Shown piece by piece: positions 1 to 14,800 of a stretch of 64,000 nucleotides of DNA; within the stretch, counting starts at the first letter, position 1, and each line of letters opens with the position of its first letter. The notes below the pieces were generated by a model, which made no database searches, was not told the origin of the DNA, and was given only the letters and a program-made list of their open reading frames with translations. Where the stretch lies: the NCBI RefSeq assembly GCF_022539665.2, contig NC_081333.1, forward strand, positions 1,116,001 to 1,180,000. Reading direction: 5' to 3'. This stretch comes from Daphnia carinata (taxonomy: Eukaryota). Made by a program: the position numbers and the translations under genes.

Positions 1-213
1 GCAATAGCGCTAAGCGAAATAGGGGGGGGGGAGGATTTTCAAAAAAGAAAGAGAGAGAGAGATAGAGAGAGAAAAAGGCACACGGATAGAAGCACAGGTG
101 GAGCTCTTTGCCGTCGTTCATTTTCCCATTTTTGAATTGAGAGATAGAGATAGAAAGAGAAAGAAAAAAAAAAAAAAAATAATAATAATAAAAATAATAG
201 GGCGAGTCACAGT

Positions 214-3200
214 CTATTGCTCTCTGGCGCGGCTTTGGCCGCCACTGACCCCACCACCACTGCCGCCTGTCCTCATTCTGCCGCCGGAAGCGGCGGAGGC
301 CATGGTCATGGGAGCACCTGGTTGCTGTAGTGGCTGTTGCTGCTGGCTCATCATCGCTCGGATGCGCCGCTGGGCCGACTGGACGGCAAAAAAGTTGCCG
401 ATGATGTGGACGGTCGTTTCTTCGCCGGTCGATGCACCTTGTTCCGGCAATTTGATGACCGACGACGTAGTCCGCTGCATTTCGCGGACATTCTGACCCC
501 CTTTGCCAATAATCCGGCCAACTTGGCTCGACGGCACCAATAGCTCCACTGTTAACCGGACGTCCTCACCGGCCGGCATGAATCCTTCTTCGCGCATTTT
601 TTCAAAAATGAGGTACTGCGCCTTCCACTGGGCTTCCGGCGTACCGACAATGGTGACTTTCCTTTCTGCTTGCGGTTCCGCAGTCGTGCCTTCCGGCAGA
701 GAAGTAATTTTTACAGAAGCACCCGAAAATCGAATGATGTTCCGGATGTGAGAACCGCGCGTTCCAATGATGGCACCAACTGCACTGTTGGGGATGTAGA
801 GGAAACTCGTCTCCTATTCAAAAGGAAAGAAAGAAAATAAATAAACGGAAGCGAAGAGAACAAAAAAAAAAAAAAAATAAAAATAAAAATAAAGAAAATA
901 AATAATAATAAATCAATTTCTGGAAGTGTCTTTTACCTGTTGGGAACCAGTAGGCGGCACCAGGCCGGGTGGGTAGACACCTCCTGCTCCGACGCCTACA
1001 CCGGCTGGTCCTCCTTGTGCGTAGGGCGCCGCTCCGGGTGCTCCGGGGTGGTACATACCGGCAGCGGCGGCGGGTGGCGTACCCCTCACTGAGGGAGAGA
1101 ATCCCATGCCAACCGTCGACATCATGGCCATCGGATGTAGACCGGGGAACATCATACTTTGAGGCTAAAGTTTTTTGAAAGAAAACGAAATCCAAAATGG
1201 CGATGGAATTATGTCGTGTGAAATGTTAGGATGAAAGTAAAGGATTCCTTACAGCCATGGCTTGCAGATCGCTCTCGTAGCTTTGACGTAGTTTGGCGCT
1301 AATCATTCCTTCGGCTCTCGACATGTTTTCAATGCTTCCTTTAATCGTAATGACGCGTTCCATATTAAAACTGCTCACATCGTTCAAACTTTTGCGTTTA
1401 AAAAAAAATTAATAAATAAATAATAAGAGAAGTTCAGTGGTTATTCGTATTATTTGAAATAACCAAAACGCGTGTGCGTGTGTACCTGGATACGGTGATT
1501 TTGGTTTCCGTCTCAAGCATAACTCGCTTGATAGTGCTGCCTCCTTTACCGATTATCCGTCCGATCAGGTTATTGTGCGCCAGGATTTTCAACGAGACTT
1601 CCCTGTTAGGACGTTGACATACAAAAAAAAAAAAACGACAGGTGAAATCAGAATTGACGAAAAAAAAAAAAAAAAAATGTTGAATCTCTATGGTTTTTTT
1701 TTTTTCCATACCCTTTGTTGGTGTTATCGGCTTCCTGTTGCATCACTTCTAGGATGCGACGACAAGCGTTGGTGCAGTTCTCTGGATTGCCGTAAATGGT
1801 GATGGCCTTTTCCAACGAGCCGACATTCTCTTTTCGATGAACGTCCACCCTACACGTCAATGAATGGAAAAGGGTAACCGCATGAATAACGAATAAGGAA
1901 AAATAGAAATTGCTTTTTCTCAAAAATAAATCTCGATAAAATTACACCTACCGAGCTCTTGTTTGCTGCGTAATCTGTCGAATAGTTCCACCCTGACGAC
2001 CGATAATGGCTCCCACCATTTCGCTGGCCACCAGAACTCTACGATGAAAATATTGGATTACAAAAATGTCTGCCTATTTTTTGGAATTAAAAAAAAAAAA
2101 ATTCAGATTGAAATCAAAGAAATACCTGAGGGGGAAATCAGGTTGTCTTTGAGGTCCTTGATTGCCTCCGCCACCAAACGACATGGTCTGCGATCCAGGT
2201 CCGGAGCGCGATCGTCCTGATCCGCTACCCCCAGCTCCTCCTCCGCCCCCTCCTCCTCCGCCAGCTCCTCCCCGTGAGCTACCGCGTCTCGACTCCATTG
2301 CCGATTCGATTTGAAGCAGTGATCCTTCAATTTCGACTTCGCTCAGTTCTTTTAAAGCGCTGCATATATAAACAAAGAAATTCAATGTTTAAAATCAATC
2401 ACAAACTTGAATTGTCTCTAGTAGCGGGATCGTGTATCAGTTTGGGGTGAAATTTGAAAGAAAACAAAAAAATGGAGGGGTGTGGCCCACCCACGTAAAC
2501 GGTGCTCAGTTAGGATCCAGTTACAGAATTTGCTTCAGTTCACCAATGAAAAATGACCCATTTTTTTTTCTTTCTTTCATTTTAAAAAAATTATGTTTCG
2601 TAATAGTTGTAATGAAATAATACGAGAATTGTTGCTAGTGCGTCTCGGCCAAACAATTAGCGGAATAACGGTGTCATTGGCATTGCAATTTTTTTTTTTT
2701 TTAATGGAAAATGGCGGATGTCACTCGAAGTGAAATGGCAATTTTTTTTTTTTTTTTTTAAATCTTTTAGCTCGTCATTTTGTAAAACACGAGAGTTTTC
2801 ATACACGTTTCCTGTTTGTAGTATTCCTTTGACAAACCGTGAGAAACACTCTGAGAGGGAGAGAGACACCCTCCGGAAGAGTGGTGTAAGATTTTAGTCT
2901 TCTTTTACCATTAGACATATTTCATTTGTCGGAACAGAATTTTTCATGTCTGCGTGAGTGCAGGGAATTGCATTTCTTTGAACAAACAAAAACATAAAAG
3001 GAACTGAGGGGAGGGGTTGAATTAGCTCTAACATTATGTGAGTTTGTATGGGTATGAAATGTAGGGGTAACCTAGTGACAACGTTCAACTGGCAGCAACG
3101 TGGCGTCGTCCTTGGAATCTCGCACAAACGTTACCAACGACGGTGGAATGAGGGCTGTTGTTTTCACACAACACGGTAATTACACCTGACCTGCTTTCGA

Positions 3201-4917
3201 TTCAACGGGAATCCAGTCGCCTAGCCAGAGACAGAATCGACATTCACCAGCGCGGCCGTCCTTTTTGTCTTACGTGTGACGCACATTGAGGTCCGAAGCT
3301 GAAAATGTTCTGTGCGTTTTTTTTTTTCTTTTAAGTTTTTTCGAGGGGGGGGGGGGGCTCAGTTTCGATTCGTATACACAACTAGGCAATGTCTTCTTGG
3401 CTTTCAATGTTCTGTTTGTTTTTTTCTCAGTTGAGGAAATAAGAGAATGAAACCAAAGATACACACACACACACACACGTTGATTTTCACTCAAAAGACC
3501 AAGTGCGCCTGACGACTGGCATGAGATTGCGTCACACAATCTTCAAGAACCTCCCGAAAGTGTAGTTTGTGACCGACGCAGTTAATCTTGGCACAGGCAG
3601 TGGCAGATAGATGGAATTGGAAAAAAACACACAGCCAACGCAAACAGGGCACGCAACACTGGGACGTAAAGTGTCGGAGTGATTTCGGATGAAGATGAAA
3701 ACAAAACAACAAAGACCAACAAACCGAAGAACGGCTGCGTGTGGGTGTTTTTAGTCACACGTCGCAGTAGCAGACTACACTGAGAGTGCTGCCATCTAAC
3801 GCTTGTTCCAACAAACGGCGCCACTTTACCGACTCCGCGTGTCCGCCATTCCGTCGTCTGCTAGTTCACGAGTTTCGCAACGTAAACCCAACATTTCGAT
3901 ATTGGGAAGAAGACAAAGTAAAAAGCAGGCGAAGAAGTAAAAAGAAAAGAAAAAGGGCTTACTTTTCTGCTTCTTCGGGCGTTTCAAAGACAACCTCAAT
4001 GGTTTGATAGCCGCCTGCTTGAGGTGACGGGGCGTCTCCACTTCCTCCGCTTGCACCTCCGCTGATCTTTTCACACTTGAGCAACGTTCCTAGCGGCGTC
4101 AAGAGCCGCTCCAGTTCCTCGTAGCGCACATGGGCTGGCACGTTGCTCAGATACAGCGTCCGCGACAGTACACTAGATACAGAAAAGGACGAAACAAACG
4201 TTTAAAAAACCAATTCCAAGAGCACTCATCACACGTCACTGCGAAAACAACACATGCAGACGAACAAGAGACAAGTAAAAAAAAACTGGGCAAAAAAAAA
4301 AAAAAAAAAAAAGGCCGGACGTGACCGTACACAGGTGGTGGTGTAACTAGTGAAAGATGCCATTAAAAAACATGACAACTGGCCATTTCCTTCCTTTCAC
4401 CACACGTCTGTATTGTTTCCGATACCAATGACGAGGAAAATGATTGTCAACCATCAGTCATGTCGACCTGTATCACATGCATTACACATGTTTTTTTTTC
4501 TTCGAAATCTTTTAGAGTACTCTAAAATGGGTTTTCCCCCTCCCCCCCTGTCGAAATGAGAGGAGATTGTGGTTTTTTTTTTTTTTTCCCTTTTTCCTTT
4601 CTGTACATTCAAGTCAAGTGAAGCGAAACAAAACAGAACATAAAAAGCTTTTCAGTGATCAAATGTCCGGCAAGGGTGGGCGTGATTGCGGACAGTTGCA
4701 TGCCCGGTACATTGGACGACCACGCGCCCGGTGACGCACGGGAAATGATGCAACGGAGCGCGATCGTGAAAAGGCCGGAAGAATCCACACGCGAACAGAC
4801 ACACACACACACATAGAAGGAAAAGAAAGAGAGAGAGACAGACGGATTCCCGCAAGATGAAGGACGTCTACAATATACCGTATGGAATTTTTAGTTGAAA
4901 GTAATCCTTTTGGGTGG

Positions 4918-4950
<33 letters not shown>

Positions 4951-6052
4951 CAACAAACGAGATGCACAAGTGAGGACGTCGAAACCACTACTGAACGCCG
5001 GCCAGTCAGCGCTTCCCATCTTATTATTCCTGTGTGTGTGTGTGTGTGTGTCCAGATGTGTGTTGCGACTTAATGGAACAACTGGCTGCACGAACGAACG
5101 AAAGGAAGAAAGAAAAAAAAAATGGGGATAAAGGAGAATGGAGAAAAAGGAAAGAAAAAAAAAAAAGAGAAGTGATCATTCGTCAAGCCAACACTAAAGC
5201 TCAGTCGACTTTGAATTGCAATGGAGATTTCTAAGAGATCAATTGCGTGTTTCACATTCTTTCCGAACGTTGATGAAATGATAACAAAACAAAACAAAAA
5301 AAAAAACGAAATAATAATTTCGAATTTTGTAACAATGGCGTTGAAATCCATCAAGTGATGAGTGAATGTTTTATCGCCATGAGGGGCTTTTTTTTTTTTT
5401 TTTTTGCTTTTTGATTTAGTTTGACGTCAGTCAGGTGATGTCACCGTGGTCGACGCGATTGGTCGACCGGTCGTTCGGGACAGCCATTGGTGGAACGGTG
5501 GTGCATCGATTCAGTTGAGGAAATGTATTGGGAAAAAAGAAAAAAAGCAAAAGACGGAACAAGTCAAAACGGAGCAATCCCGCCCGCCGCCGGTCAAAAG
5601 ACCGGCCGGGATTACTGGGTGGGTATAACTCCTCCTCTTTCGGCGCCAAAGTTTCACTAGTGTCTCAAATTCCACAGAATTTCTTTCCCTTTTTTTTGCG
5701 TGTGTGTGTGTTAAAATCTCTTTAACACAAAAAAAAAAAAAAAAAAAAAAAAGGTCTTTTTTTGGCTATGCAGGTTGTCCCGTTCCTTTCGACCATGTCC
5801 AGATCGAATGACTGGTAAATGGCCAATTTTATTCGAATTTTTTTTTTTTTTTACTTTCAAACAAGCAAGATGGAAGTTCGGAATTCTAAATCAGACGATC
5901 AAACTTGAAAAGAGTTTGAACAACCATTTTTTTTTTTTTACTTAATTACCTTCATCGTACAGAGACGCATTCCAAGCTTGAAGAAGCTACCCGCTTTTTC
6001 TTTCTTATGGGACAAAAACAGCTTGATAAGTGTATGCTAATAAACCCCCTCC

Positions 6053-6083
<31 letters not shown>

Positions 6084-9000
6084 CTTCCTCCTCTCGTAGG
6101 GTACCGTTCCAGCGAGATGAATTTAGTTTTGATAGCGGCTCCTTCTTTGCGCTGGTTCCCGTGGTGATGGCAGCAGCCTTTTTGATTTTTCTTTTTTATT
6201 TTTTGATTCCTAGACTATCTCGCTAAAGATACCATTGTGTGCGTGTGTGTGTTAAGAGAGAATCAACCAGACTTGAAAGGCTCAACCTTGCCGATCTCTC
6301 CCATACATCTGTCTGGCTTGCGAATTGTTGGTAGACGGCCAAATCGAAACGCGTCTCACGATGCTGCTGGTTGGTCATGTCGCCCAATCGAGCAACCGCT
6401 ATAGACACGACAACAACAACAACAACGGGGAAAAATAAAAAAGAGGGGTAATCAATATGTTGACCAAACGGAATTGATCAGGAAAAAAAAAAAAAAAAAT
6501 GATTATGATCATGTGCTTTTTTGCGCTGTTTGAAACGGTTAGTTCTGCTTTCATATACTGTGATTGTTACGTTTTTGTGTGTGTGTTCCTCATTGAGTAT
6601 GTCGACTGATTGGGTATAGACGATCTCAGATGTCCCTTCTTTTTTCTCTTCAGGCTGGCAGATTTAAGCGAGCAAGAGATTGGGTTTCATCCTTACGATG
6701 GTATCGAATGTATGGCAGTTAAAGCATACCCAACTGATTATGAAAATGGCTGCAATCTTAATGAAAAGCAAAACATGGGATTCGAATAGCGAATTGCTGG
6801 CGCCGGCCATCCACCGCTTCATCCGTGATCTTTGGGTGGTGACGTCCACTTTCCCAAAGCTGTTTGATTCCATTTTACCGGGGTCAAAGCTGATAAGCGT
6901 TACATGGTACTTTTGCTAAAAAGTTCTCAAGTATGTGTTAAGCAACAGTAGTGATGACTAATGCTCGACAAGAAATTCAATATTTAGAATGTTTTTTTTT
7001 TCTTCTTTTAGCTTTGCTGCGGTAGAAAGAAAACTAGAAAAAAACAAACAATAATCGTGTCGAGATGAAGAAAGCGTAGTTGTTAATTTGGTCGCTAGAT
7101 GGCCGCGTTGGCTTTCACACCAGCATTGGCTTATCGCCTTCCAAACGACAAAATGGCGGATGGCTTCTACCCCCCCCCCCCCCTCCCTCAATCGGAAATT
7201 CCATCCATTGCTCGAGCCAAGTAAACAATTCGATGGCATTAAACTGGTTTTTTGGATTCACTCTTTCAATCGAAGGTATGACATGAAACTAAAGGTACGA
7301 TGAAAAAGAGAGAGAGAGAGAGCTGTAGGGGTAATAGAGAGAGAACGGCGTATGTGTTGTGCCCTAACAGGGAAAAAAAAAGAGAGAGAGAGAGAGATCC
7401 TCTTCGGACCGGTTGCCGCTTGCTGACACGGCGGATCAATGACCTCCCAGTTATTTGTAACTGTTTCAAACTAGTAGTGAGAAAACAAAAAAAAAAAAAA
7501 AAAGGAAAAGGCGCAGAGATCGGAATTTCTATAGCCGAGGAGAAAATAACAACAAAACAAAGTTGAAAAAGAAAAGATCTCTTAACACAACCTTGTCCGA
7601 GGCCCCGGCCTTGGATACACGGCGGCCTTCTTCTCCCCCTCCTTGTGCTTGATTTTATTCCTGAAATTGGGCCTATTTCAGCCTTGCGGCCATCTTTGGA
7701 AGTATGCGCTATCTACTACAACATCTTCTTGGGCCCTTTTCTCTAGAAAACATCAGCGCGCGCGCCGACCAGCATCCGGCCAACACTTTCTGCATTCCAT
7801 GCTAGTCCCTCTTTTTTATTTAATATTTTTTTTTTTTTTTAAAGAAAATTCCATTTTGTTTTTGTATTTTTTTACGTAAAAGGGGAGAAAAAGGAAGACA
7901 TTCTTTTTATAGAGAGAATGACAAGAAGAGCGGCCATTTTTGGAAATCGAGATGTTCAAACTCGATCACCTGAAATGCGTGTTATTATTTGTTATTATAA
8001 AAACACACACACACACATAAGCCGTTGGAACGAAAATGATTGTGAAGTCATCGCAAAAGTAATTATTGAAATAACCCCAGAAAATAATTTAAATAAAAAC
8101 TGTCAACTCATTTCCCGTTTGTTGGGTTTCGGAGTGGGGGTTCTGTGTTTTCTTCGTGAGAAGTTCTCTGTGTGTGTGTGACAAAAAGTGCCGTATAAAA
8201 AGAATTCGAAAAATCAATATTGACACAAGTTTTTTTTTAAGTCAAAAGATCCATCTGACTCTTTCTGAATACGAAATTATTCCACTGCATAATTTTCTGT
8301 TTTTAGTTTTCTATTCAGTTTTTTTTTTTAAACCTGATGACATAAGAATGAAGTTCTTTTTTTTTTTTTTTTTATTATGGGTACGTATTCAGTTAAAATA
8401 GATGGGGCTTCATTAACTCGTAGGAATTCTTGCTCTTTTTTTTTTGCCCCAAGAAGATGAGGTTTAAATATAACTCGTGCCCCCCGGTGGAGGGGTGGCT
8501 TTAACTGTACGTGTTGCCGTATCTGTTTGTAAATATAGAACCGAAAGGGCGGAAGAAGAATGGCACTCTCTACATGTTGGAACTTTTTAGAAAGAAGAAT
8601 TCCTTCCCTCTGCTTTCTCGTGCAAAAGGAAATGACACGAAAAAAAAAAAACGGAACTCGAAAATAGATTTTCTAGGGAGAGGTTACATGGCACTTTGGG
8701 CAGCTGTACATTTAAAGCCCTAGAAAAAAAAAAAAGAAAGATGTTTTCTCAATGAATGGAGCAGGTTTGTGTGTCTCTCTATTGGAATGTCCTGCCCCCG
8801 CTAGCCATCGATTGTTTTGATTATCTTGATCTCTATTAACTGCCGTAAGGGGGTTTGGCTTTCTCCAAGAAATTAAAGCAAAAAATGATGGCTACATACA
8901 CCAGCGGACATTATTTTTGCTCCATGCAAGTTTTTTTTCGTTTTTTTTTTTTTTCATTCATGAAACTGGATCTTCGGTCGATCACGTGATCAGATTCTTA

Positions 9001-10887
9001 TCTGGAAGCAGCTGCTTTTGGGGTCAATATCTTCCATGCACACATACAAACAGAAGAGACGTCCGTTACTAGGCCGAACGAAGGCTACTGTTGCCACCGC
9101 TGCGCAACGTGAGTGCGGGGATCTCAACACACACACACACACGTAAAAATCAGGAAATAGAAGGAAGATAGATAACCAGCAGAGAGGGGAGAGATAACAA
9201 AAAAAAAAAAAAAAAAAAAAGAGAAAACTTTGAACTTGTAGGGGCTATTTCAATTTCTCATTGTAAACATTTTCAACGGGAGCAGAACCGGAAACGCCAC
9301 GCAACAATCTTAATACATTTAAGACAATAAATGCGAAGTGTTTCACTTACTTTCGTCGTCCACCGGCAACCGAAGGCTCAACGACCAATGTGGAACCCAT
9401 AAAAATTTGTCCTGTTCAAAAACAACAATTAATATTCATGATAAAAGAGTCCACAAGAAGAATCACGAAATAATATCAAATATTTCAAAAGAATAAAAAC
9501 AAAAGAAATAGAGAAATAATCTTGAAGAGTGTTTGTACCCGATGGCAGCAAGCTAGCACTAGCAACAGCCTAATTTGAATAAGCCTACGTTTGATATCTC
9601 GAATCTGTTTTCGTCGTGAAATCACGACAGGCGAGAGAGGACGACATTCCACTAGCCGCATACCTGCATGTGATTACGAAACTAGCTCACAGGCAGCAGC
9701 TCATGATTTTTTTGTGTGTGTGTACACGGCTGCTGCTGGATCAATAGCCCAGCTACCGGTTTCAGAGCCGTTTGACTTTTGAGGCCGTTCCCGAAGTGGC
9801 GACACTAGCGCATCGACGGATTTTTTTTTGTGTCTTTCTGGCGACAGTTGGACAAAACGTGTCAAATACTTTGTAGCCTTTTTTTTTTATTATTATTATT
9901 CTTCCCCTCTTCTGGCCAATCAGCAGCTGATTGGCCAGTTTTTAAAATTCGCGATTAAAGGGTAAAATAAAAATTGGAATTAAAAAAGGAAATTAGAAGG
10001 AAGGAAGAAAACGCATTTGCCACTTAAAAAAGAAAAGAATATTTTCTTCTTTTATAGACATTCTCGTAAACGGGGCTCAGTTACGATCCCGAGACAGCCT
10101 CGAGACGGTGGAATGCGCCGTATAATAACTCGCAGCTATTCCTCGAGGTGTGTTCCAGATCCAAGAAGCTACCGGCGACGTGCTACCTCCTGGCTGCACA
10201 CACGGGACTTTGGGGCAACAAGAAATAAAAAAACAAAACAAAAAATACCTCAGCATAACCTCACATGACTCTATATAGACAGCCGTTGCCTATATACAAG
10301 CCATGTTGCCTACAAACCATAGATAATTATCAAACCGCATTGGATATATATATATATATATATATATAATTTTTTTTTGAAAGAATACAAAAATAGAGGG
10401 AACAAAAAAAAAAGTGAAATGTGTCGATTAGTTAAGGTGTTATATAGGGTGGGTGTTTCGGTCGCTATAAAAATAGGGAATATTATCGATTCCGTCCGTC
10501 GAGTGGCGCTACCGTCGCCTATCCCCCGCGCACGACCCAATCGATAATCTCTCTACTTTTCTTTTTGAGTTACTGTAATTTGTTGACACTTTCCTTTTAA
10601 TCTTGCGGAAGCGTTTGTTTCCAACACTTGTTAATTATCTCGCAAGTGAATATTAAAAAAAAAAAAAATTGGTTAAAATCAATAAAAAACAAAAAACAAA
10701 ACAACTTACCATTGAGTTTCTCGATGGCGCGATCGACTGTGCTCTGTTCAGGGCAATCGATAAAGGCATAGCCGCCCCGTTTGACCAGGACGGAGCTAAC
10801 GTTGCCGACGCCGCTCTCTTGAAGCAGTTGCCGCAGCGCCGCCTCGTTCGCTTCCGCCGCCAGATTTCCGATGTACAATTTGCTCAT
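214..10887 (-). CDS. Imp: IGF2 mRNA-binding protein (Imp/IGF2BP/VICKZ family), 2 RRM + 4 KH domains, ~662 aa, 10 coding exons
   Basis: Exons 10887-10710, 9411-9351, 4172-3963, 2359-2126, 2038-1952, 1849-1712, 1602-1486, 1388-1253, 1164-937, 813-214. All introns are GT-AG and phase-consistent (1989 nt). N-terminus MSKLYIGNL...GYAFIDCP is IGF2BP RRM1-like and RTLYLSNVP is RRM2. The four KH GxxG loops are [36 protein letters not shown] and [12 protein letters not shown]. The [12 protein letters not shown] linker is typical of arthropod Imp. Confidence 0.96.
9912..9938. repeat. Perfect 13-bp inverted repeat with 1-nt spacer, made of two opposed CCAAT boxes, in Imp intron 1
   Basis: ctggccaatcagc-a-gctgattggccag read directly. 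Confidence 0.8.
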
Positions 10888-11182
10888 CTTCTGTTGTGCT
10901 CTCTTCTGTTTGTATCAAAAATCCCGACACCCCACTTTGATTTTTTTTTTTTTTTTCGGCGAGGAGGGAAATATAAAAATTCCGGGCGTAGGATTCCGCA
11001 CACAGAAAGGCCACAAACACACACGCACAAAAAAAAAAAAAAAAAAAAATCAACTGCAACGATGACGCGGCCAACTGCTTGTTGAAAAAAAAAAAAAAAA
11101 TGAAACAACGTAAAAGAAAAAAATCAAATGAAGTCGATCAGTTGATTAGATATTATGAGATTTTCAGCCATGTAGGCAGAGG

Positions 11183-11214
<32 letters not shown>

Positions 11215-11790
11215 TGACATAAACACACTCACACACTCACACACACTGTTATCCACCGAGCCAGTCGGGCCGGGGTTTGTTCCTTTTCGTGATGATTGCT
11301 CTGTGTGTGCGCCTCCCTTCTCTGTCTATGGCGGCCTGATGGAGGCGCACTGGGCTCACGCAACCCACCCCGCCCTATGCTTTCAAAAACGAAGAGGGGG
11401 AGAGAGAGAGAGAGAGAAGCCTACGGTATCGACCGTGCCACCCAACAATTCCCAATGTATTTAGTACACGCGAATTGAAATCAACAGAAAAATGACGAAT
11501 GGTTTGAATGTTTATCGCAATTTAAATTAAAATTATTAACGTGAAAAATGTTTTTCTTTTTTTTACTTTTTTTTTTTTTTTGTGCGGAATTTCGTGTCGT
11601 CAGAAGTGGACGGTGTTAACGGTAATTCCCGATAATGGTGAGTCACACCTCACGATGGCCAATTTCGAGAAGAAAAACGGCCATTATTTGGTAACCTGTG
11701 AGTGTGCAATGACGAAACATTGGCGAAATGGGGTGGAGACGGAATGGGCAAATAAGCTTGCGGTCGTGCATGCATTTCGTGAAGCGGATA

Positions 11791-11869
11791 GCGATTGGTC
11801 GGCGAACGATAGGGGAGTTCACGTGACGCAAAAATTCTTGCCCGCCTCCCGGCTCATGCGATTGGTCGG
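11791..11869 (-). promoter_or_regulatory. Candidate Imp upstream promoter elements: duplicated CCAAT (NF-Y-type) boxes, E-box, GC-box-like motif
   Basis: gcgattggtcgg at 11791 and 11858, cacgtgac at ~11820, gcccgcctccc at ~11840; GAGA tracts at ~11183-11210 and ~11400; 0.9 kb upstream of the Imp ATG. Function is inferred. Confidence 0.4.
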
Positions 11870-14800
11870 GACCAAACCATAACCCCTATATATATATATA
11901 TACATACGCCGCTGGTTGTTATTTTTTAAACCCTACTTTTTCTTTTGTTTCTTTTAACAAATAAAATAAATTCCAATGTTGAAACATCGGTGCTCTATTT
12001 ACACGACAGCATTTTTATTTTTATCATTTCTTTCTTCTCCTGCTTTTACTAATAAGACAATCACTAGATGTATGATGACGTCATAGGCTAATCAATACCG
12101 TCTCTTCCCCCCTCTTCTATGGCGACAATTCACGTAACGAACGTGGGAAATCGATCACATCTAAAGGAGTTGTTGATAACAACACCTCGAGTTCATTTTC
12201 GATGGAGGTATTCCTCACCCCTACGCAACACGTTTGTTTCTGATGTATTCACCTATTTGATGTGTAATAATCATTCATTAAAGATTCATTGTTTGATTGT
12301 TATCTATTGAAATATGTGTAAAACTTGAAAAAAAAAAACGGATTAACATGAAAATAAAACGTACGGGATCAAAGCAAAGAAAGAAAACTAAGGCACGCGC
12401 CTAACCTGTTTTTAATAATTTGCCTTTGATGATGCCAACGGGCTGAAATCATTTCAAAAAGCAGGGGAGAAAAAAAAACAAAGCGATTTCTTTTCATTTG
12501 AAACTCTAACGTGATACCCGGGGTACGTTAGTAGTTTGAACAATGATCCTTCGTACCACCCAGATCGACCCCCACCCTTTTATATTTTTCCATGTTTCTA
12601 TTTTTGAATAGCAAAGTATAAAAAAAAAAAATGAAAGCATTTCGCTGGGGCTGGTTTGTTTTGTAACCCTCTGTGCTGCGATCATTATTCCTCTTTTTAG
12701 CAGATCCTTTGCTATAGAAAAAGACGAAAGGGTATGACGTAATCCCGATTAGCTAATGTACCGTATCTAAATTTGGTCGAGCCTGAAAAACACGGCTATT
12801 CTCTTGTTTGATTCAATACTATTGGCCTCTTTTCATAATAATCTCGTGTGTGAAAACGCAACGTCCCTAAAATGGTTAGTTGAAATGATTGTGACACATC
12901 TGGCAATAACCAAACGACAGTTACGTCTCATTTTCGAATTACAATCAAACATCTTAAATGTCGTCTTACTTTAAAACGAATGTTTCAAAATGGTTGAAAA
13001 AAATGAATTCTTTGGTTTGGTCCATGACACATCAATGATTCGCGTAACACAGGCACTGAGGAATTTCGAAAGTTTAGTCATCAACGGAAGTGTGAAAAAA
13101 TTCCGATTTTGCCTACGACAAAATGGCGTCAACGAAATTCTGATACGATGAGTCGACGGCGGTTTGATCATCCGTTCAAGCAAAAACGATTTTGAAATAT
13201 TACGGGTTATTCAATGAATTTAAACAAACTGGTGGGGGCAAATGAGAAGAAAAAAGAGAGGTGGTAGAAAGTGACATCTTGGAACAATCTCTTCATCGTG
13301 GAGAGATAGTCGAAGAATTCTACTGGGCGGTGATTTGACCAAATATGGTCACGAACGGCAGCAGCCCCAAAAAAAAAAATTTCTTAGCGGGGCTGACCCC
13401 AAAGAGGAATGTTCCATCCATCCACATACGGCTCTTTAACGAGATTCCATTGCCCATTTTTTTTTAACTAGAGCTTCTTCTTTTTCTTTACAAAATGAAT
13501 TTTGTTTCTTTTTTTTTTTTTTTTTTTTGTTGAAAAAAAGGAACAAAAATCGAATTTCTCGAGTCATTCTTGGTAGATAAGGAGAGCGTGTGAACTCGCG
13601 TGCACCACGCACTATGAAAACAAAATGGCGGACGGTTCGATACATTTTGTTTTTTTCGAGGGGGGGGGGAGATTCACATTTTAGCCAGTCAACCGAATAC
13701 TATTTCATTAAATGGGATCTGTTTGATATGGTAACGACATATATTCTGCGTGTGTATCGCATATACCGGTCGTCAATTGATTGATTACGCAATGCGAATG
13801 GTTTTTACAGATAGGCGAAATGTCAACGCTGCGATGTACAATGGCTGAAAACGGGAGTGATACTAATCAGAATACTTTTTGCCGCTCAATCGAAATTGAA
13901 AACCTACACACACACACACACACAAAACGTGTGTGTATGTGTCTTATCTGGTGAAATAATGTGGCGTGTGTGGAACATGGAAATGCTTTTATCAAAAAGT
14001 TTCTTTCTCGAAGTCTACATGAACCGGCTTTGGTACCACACACAAGGATTTCTAAATGGTCATGTAATCAATGACGTTGGAGAACATTGACGTCATTGAT
14101 CTGTCACGCCTAAGTGTAAAATTTGTTCTCACAAAATTATTAAATACAACTATTTCGCATTTATCTGAATGGGGAAGAAAAAAATAAACTTTTTTTGGGG
14201 AAAAAAAAGATGCTACGGAGGGAGCCATTTTCTCTCTCTCCCTAGATTTCTACCCTAAAGACGAAAAAAATGCTTGAGGCTATAACGGCCATCCACCGCC
14301 AAGATACCTCCACCGCTTCCTCTTCGCCCCCACTTCCAAAAAAAGAGTCAAAAAATGTTGTTTTCTTTTTCTTTTTACCCTGAGAACGAGGAGAAAACAC
14401 ACACAAAACAAATCTAATTCCCGCCATTGGCCTTGAATATTTGTGGGTTTTTTTTTTTTTGGTTGAACAAAAACCGAAAATGGTAAAGAAAGAAACGAAT
14501 TTTCCATTCAAAAGAGAAACAAATAACGAAAGAAAAAAATTGAATTGAAAACTCACGTTAAACGAGGGGGTCGATTTAATCCACAAATTCCGGTTCGGAA
14601 CTCATCACTGTTGTGGAAAAAACAACAACAAACAAACAACAAAATTTGTGTTGATGAATCTGAGAAATTCACGTCGACGATGGCGCGCTCACTACACGAC
14701 GAAATGCGCGGAACTTATCCGACAGTCGGAGGTACACTGCCGGTTGGCTAGGGCTATGATAGATTCTATAGGCCATGCAACTCGGCCGTACATACACTAG

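Noticed and set aside
12390..12400. miR-124-like taaggcacgcg
   Set aside because: Only the first 11 nt match and no precursor hairpin is evident.
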